NCBI GenBank assembly: GCA_016928395.1
Contig: JAFGKV010000225.1
Location: 1-38,090, forward strand
DNA length: 38,090 nt
Reading direction: 5' to 3'
Source of the DNA: Candidatus Fermentibacterota bacterium
GTDB taxonomy: Bacteria > JAFGKV01
Shown here one piece after another: positions 37,367 through 38,090 of the stretch. The stretch's first letter is position 1. Every line of letters begins with the position of its first letter. The notes beneath the pieces were generated by a model, which did not search any database, was not told the origin of the DNA, and saw only the letters and a list, made by a program, of their open reading frames with translations. The position numbers were made by a program, and so were the translations under genes.

Positions 37367-37752
37367 CGTAGGGGAGGGCGGCTCTGCCCTCCCGTGCAAC
37401 GTGCTCGAAGCCCCAGCTCATCGATACCGATACCGATACCGACCCCGAACCCCGACCCCCTCGGGAGACCAGGGGCGGTCGCCCCTACGGCTATTTGTTG
37501 ACCATCAGACACCCGTAGGGGCGGGACACTGTGCCCGCCCGCAACGACACCGTGCGCTCACCCCCAAGACGCATGATGTCGAAGCGCGCCCTCTGCCTCG
37601 GTAGCGAAGCCGCTCTCGAATGGGCCGCCGAGTCGATACCGACAGCGATACCGACCCCGGCCTCCGCCCCTCGGGCGACCAGGGCGGGTGCCCCTACGGC
37701 TAGTGGTTGACCATCAGACACCTGTGGGGGCGGGACACTGTGCCCGCCCGCC
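37367..37752. repeat. BIME-like mosaic of GTAG REP-like palindromes and GATACC/GACCCC hexamers
   Basis: Alternating GTAGGGG.. and ..CCCCTAC palindromes; a ~120-bp segment is duplicated at 37421-37542 and 37633-37751. Confidence 0.85.
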
Positions 37753-37762
37753 CAGTATGCCG

Positions 37763-37845
37763 TACTCTCAACGCGGAGAAGCCTGAGTGCCCCGCGCCTT
37801 CAGAGGCCCGACTGAACCCTGAACCCTGGAGACTGCGAGCGGAGC
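37763..37845 (+). repeat. Dispersed ~70-bp repeat, copy 3
   Basis: Aligns by eye with 13750-13825 and 20300-20370. Confidence 0.75.
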
Positions 37846-37979
37846 GAAGCGGCAGTCGGTTGTCGGCTGGCAGAGAGCTGATAGCAGAAAGCAGAGAGCT
37901 TGCCGCACAGCGGCTACGTGCCCACACCACAGCGCAGATTCTCGTTCGGCAACCTCGGAATCGGCGCCCGTGACTCCCC

Positions 37980-38008
37980 GCAACTCGACATTTTACCAAC
38001 GTCCCTAG
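37980..38008 (-). repeat. GGGACGT-family end motif
   Basis: gcaactcgacattttaccaacgtccctag; inverted partner of 23451-23479; a degenerate copy lies at 37940-37970. Confidence 0.7.
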
Positions 38009-38090
38009 CCCGCTCCTGGATCCACGACGAATCGCCTCTGTCACACAGCACTGCGTTGTTCTATCCGCAACTTCCGTGCCCCGCGCGAGA

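Noticed and set aside
1-38090. tRNA, rRNA, integrase, reverse transcriptase or cas genes
   Set aside because: No recognisable motifs found by eye.

Overview
GC-rich bacterial accessory region. Many secreted proteins carry FlgD-Ig/T9SS-type C-terminal domains, which suggests an FCB-group lineage (inference). From left to right: the trailer end of a type I-C-like CRISPR array (one full repeat, one spacer, one degenerate repeat, no cas genes); a miniature inverted-repeat element carrying a RAYT-like transposase N-terminus; HicAB and RHH/PIN toxin-antitoxin pairs; a head-on junction of two gene remnants; a minus-strand cluster of secreted proteins (DUF3160, two paralogous beta-propellers, others) preceded by a candidate sigma54 promoter with upstream activator-like sites; a compact five-gene signalling operon (lipoprotein, GAF-sigma54 activator, Ser/Thr kinase-PEGA, secreted Kelch protein, TPR-like membrane protein) bracketed by a dispersed repeat; HAD, PhzF and C-GCAxxG-C-C genes; HigBA; a Gly-rich fibre-like protein; RHH/MazF; an IS66-like remnant; an uncharacterised HTH-like protein next to a secreted propeller protein; a truncated methyltransferase; and a class III cyclase-ATPase-TPR protein. 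Intergenic DNA is dense with several REP-like repeat families. All family calls come from motif recognition by eye; no searches were run.
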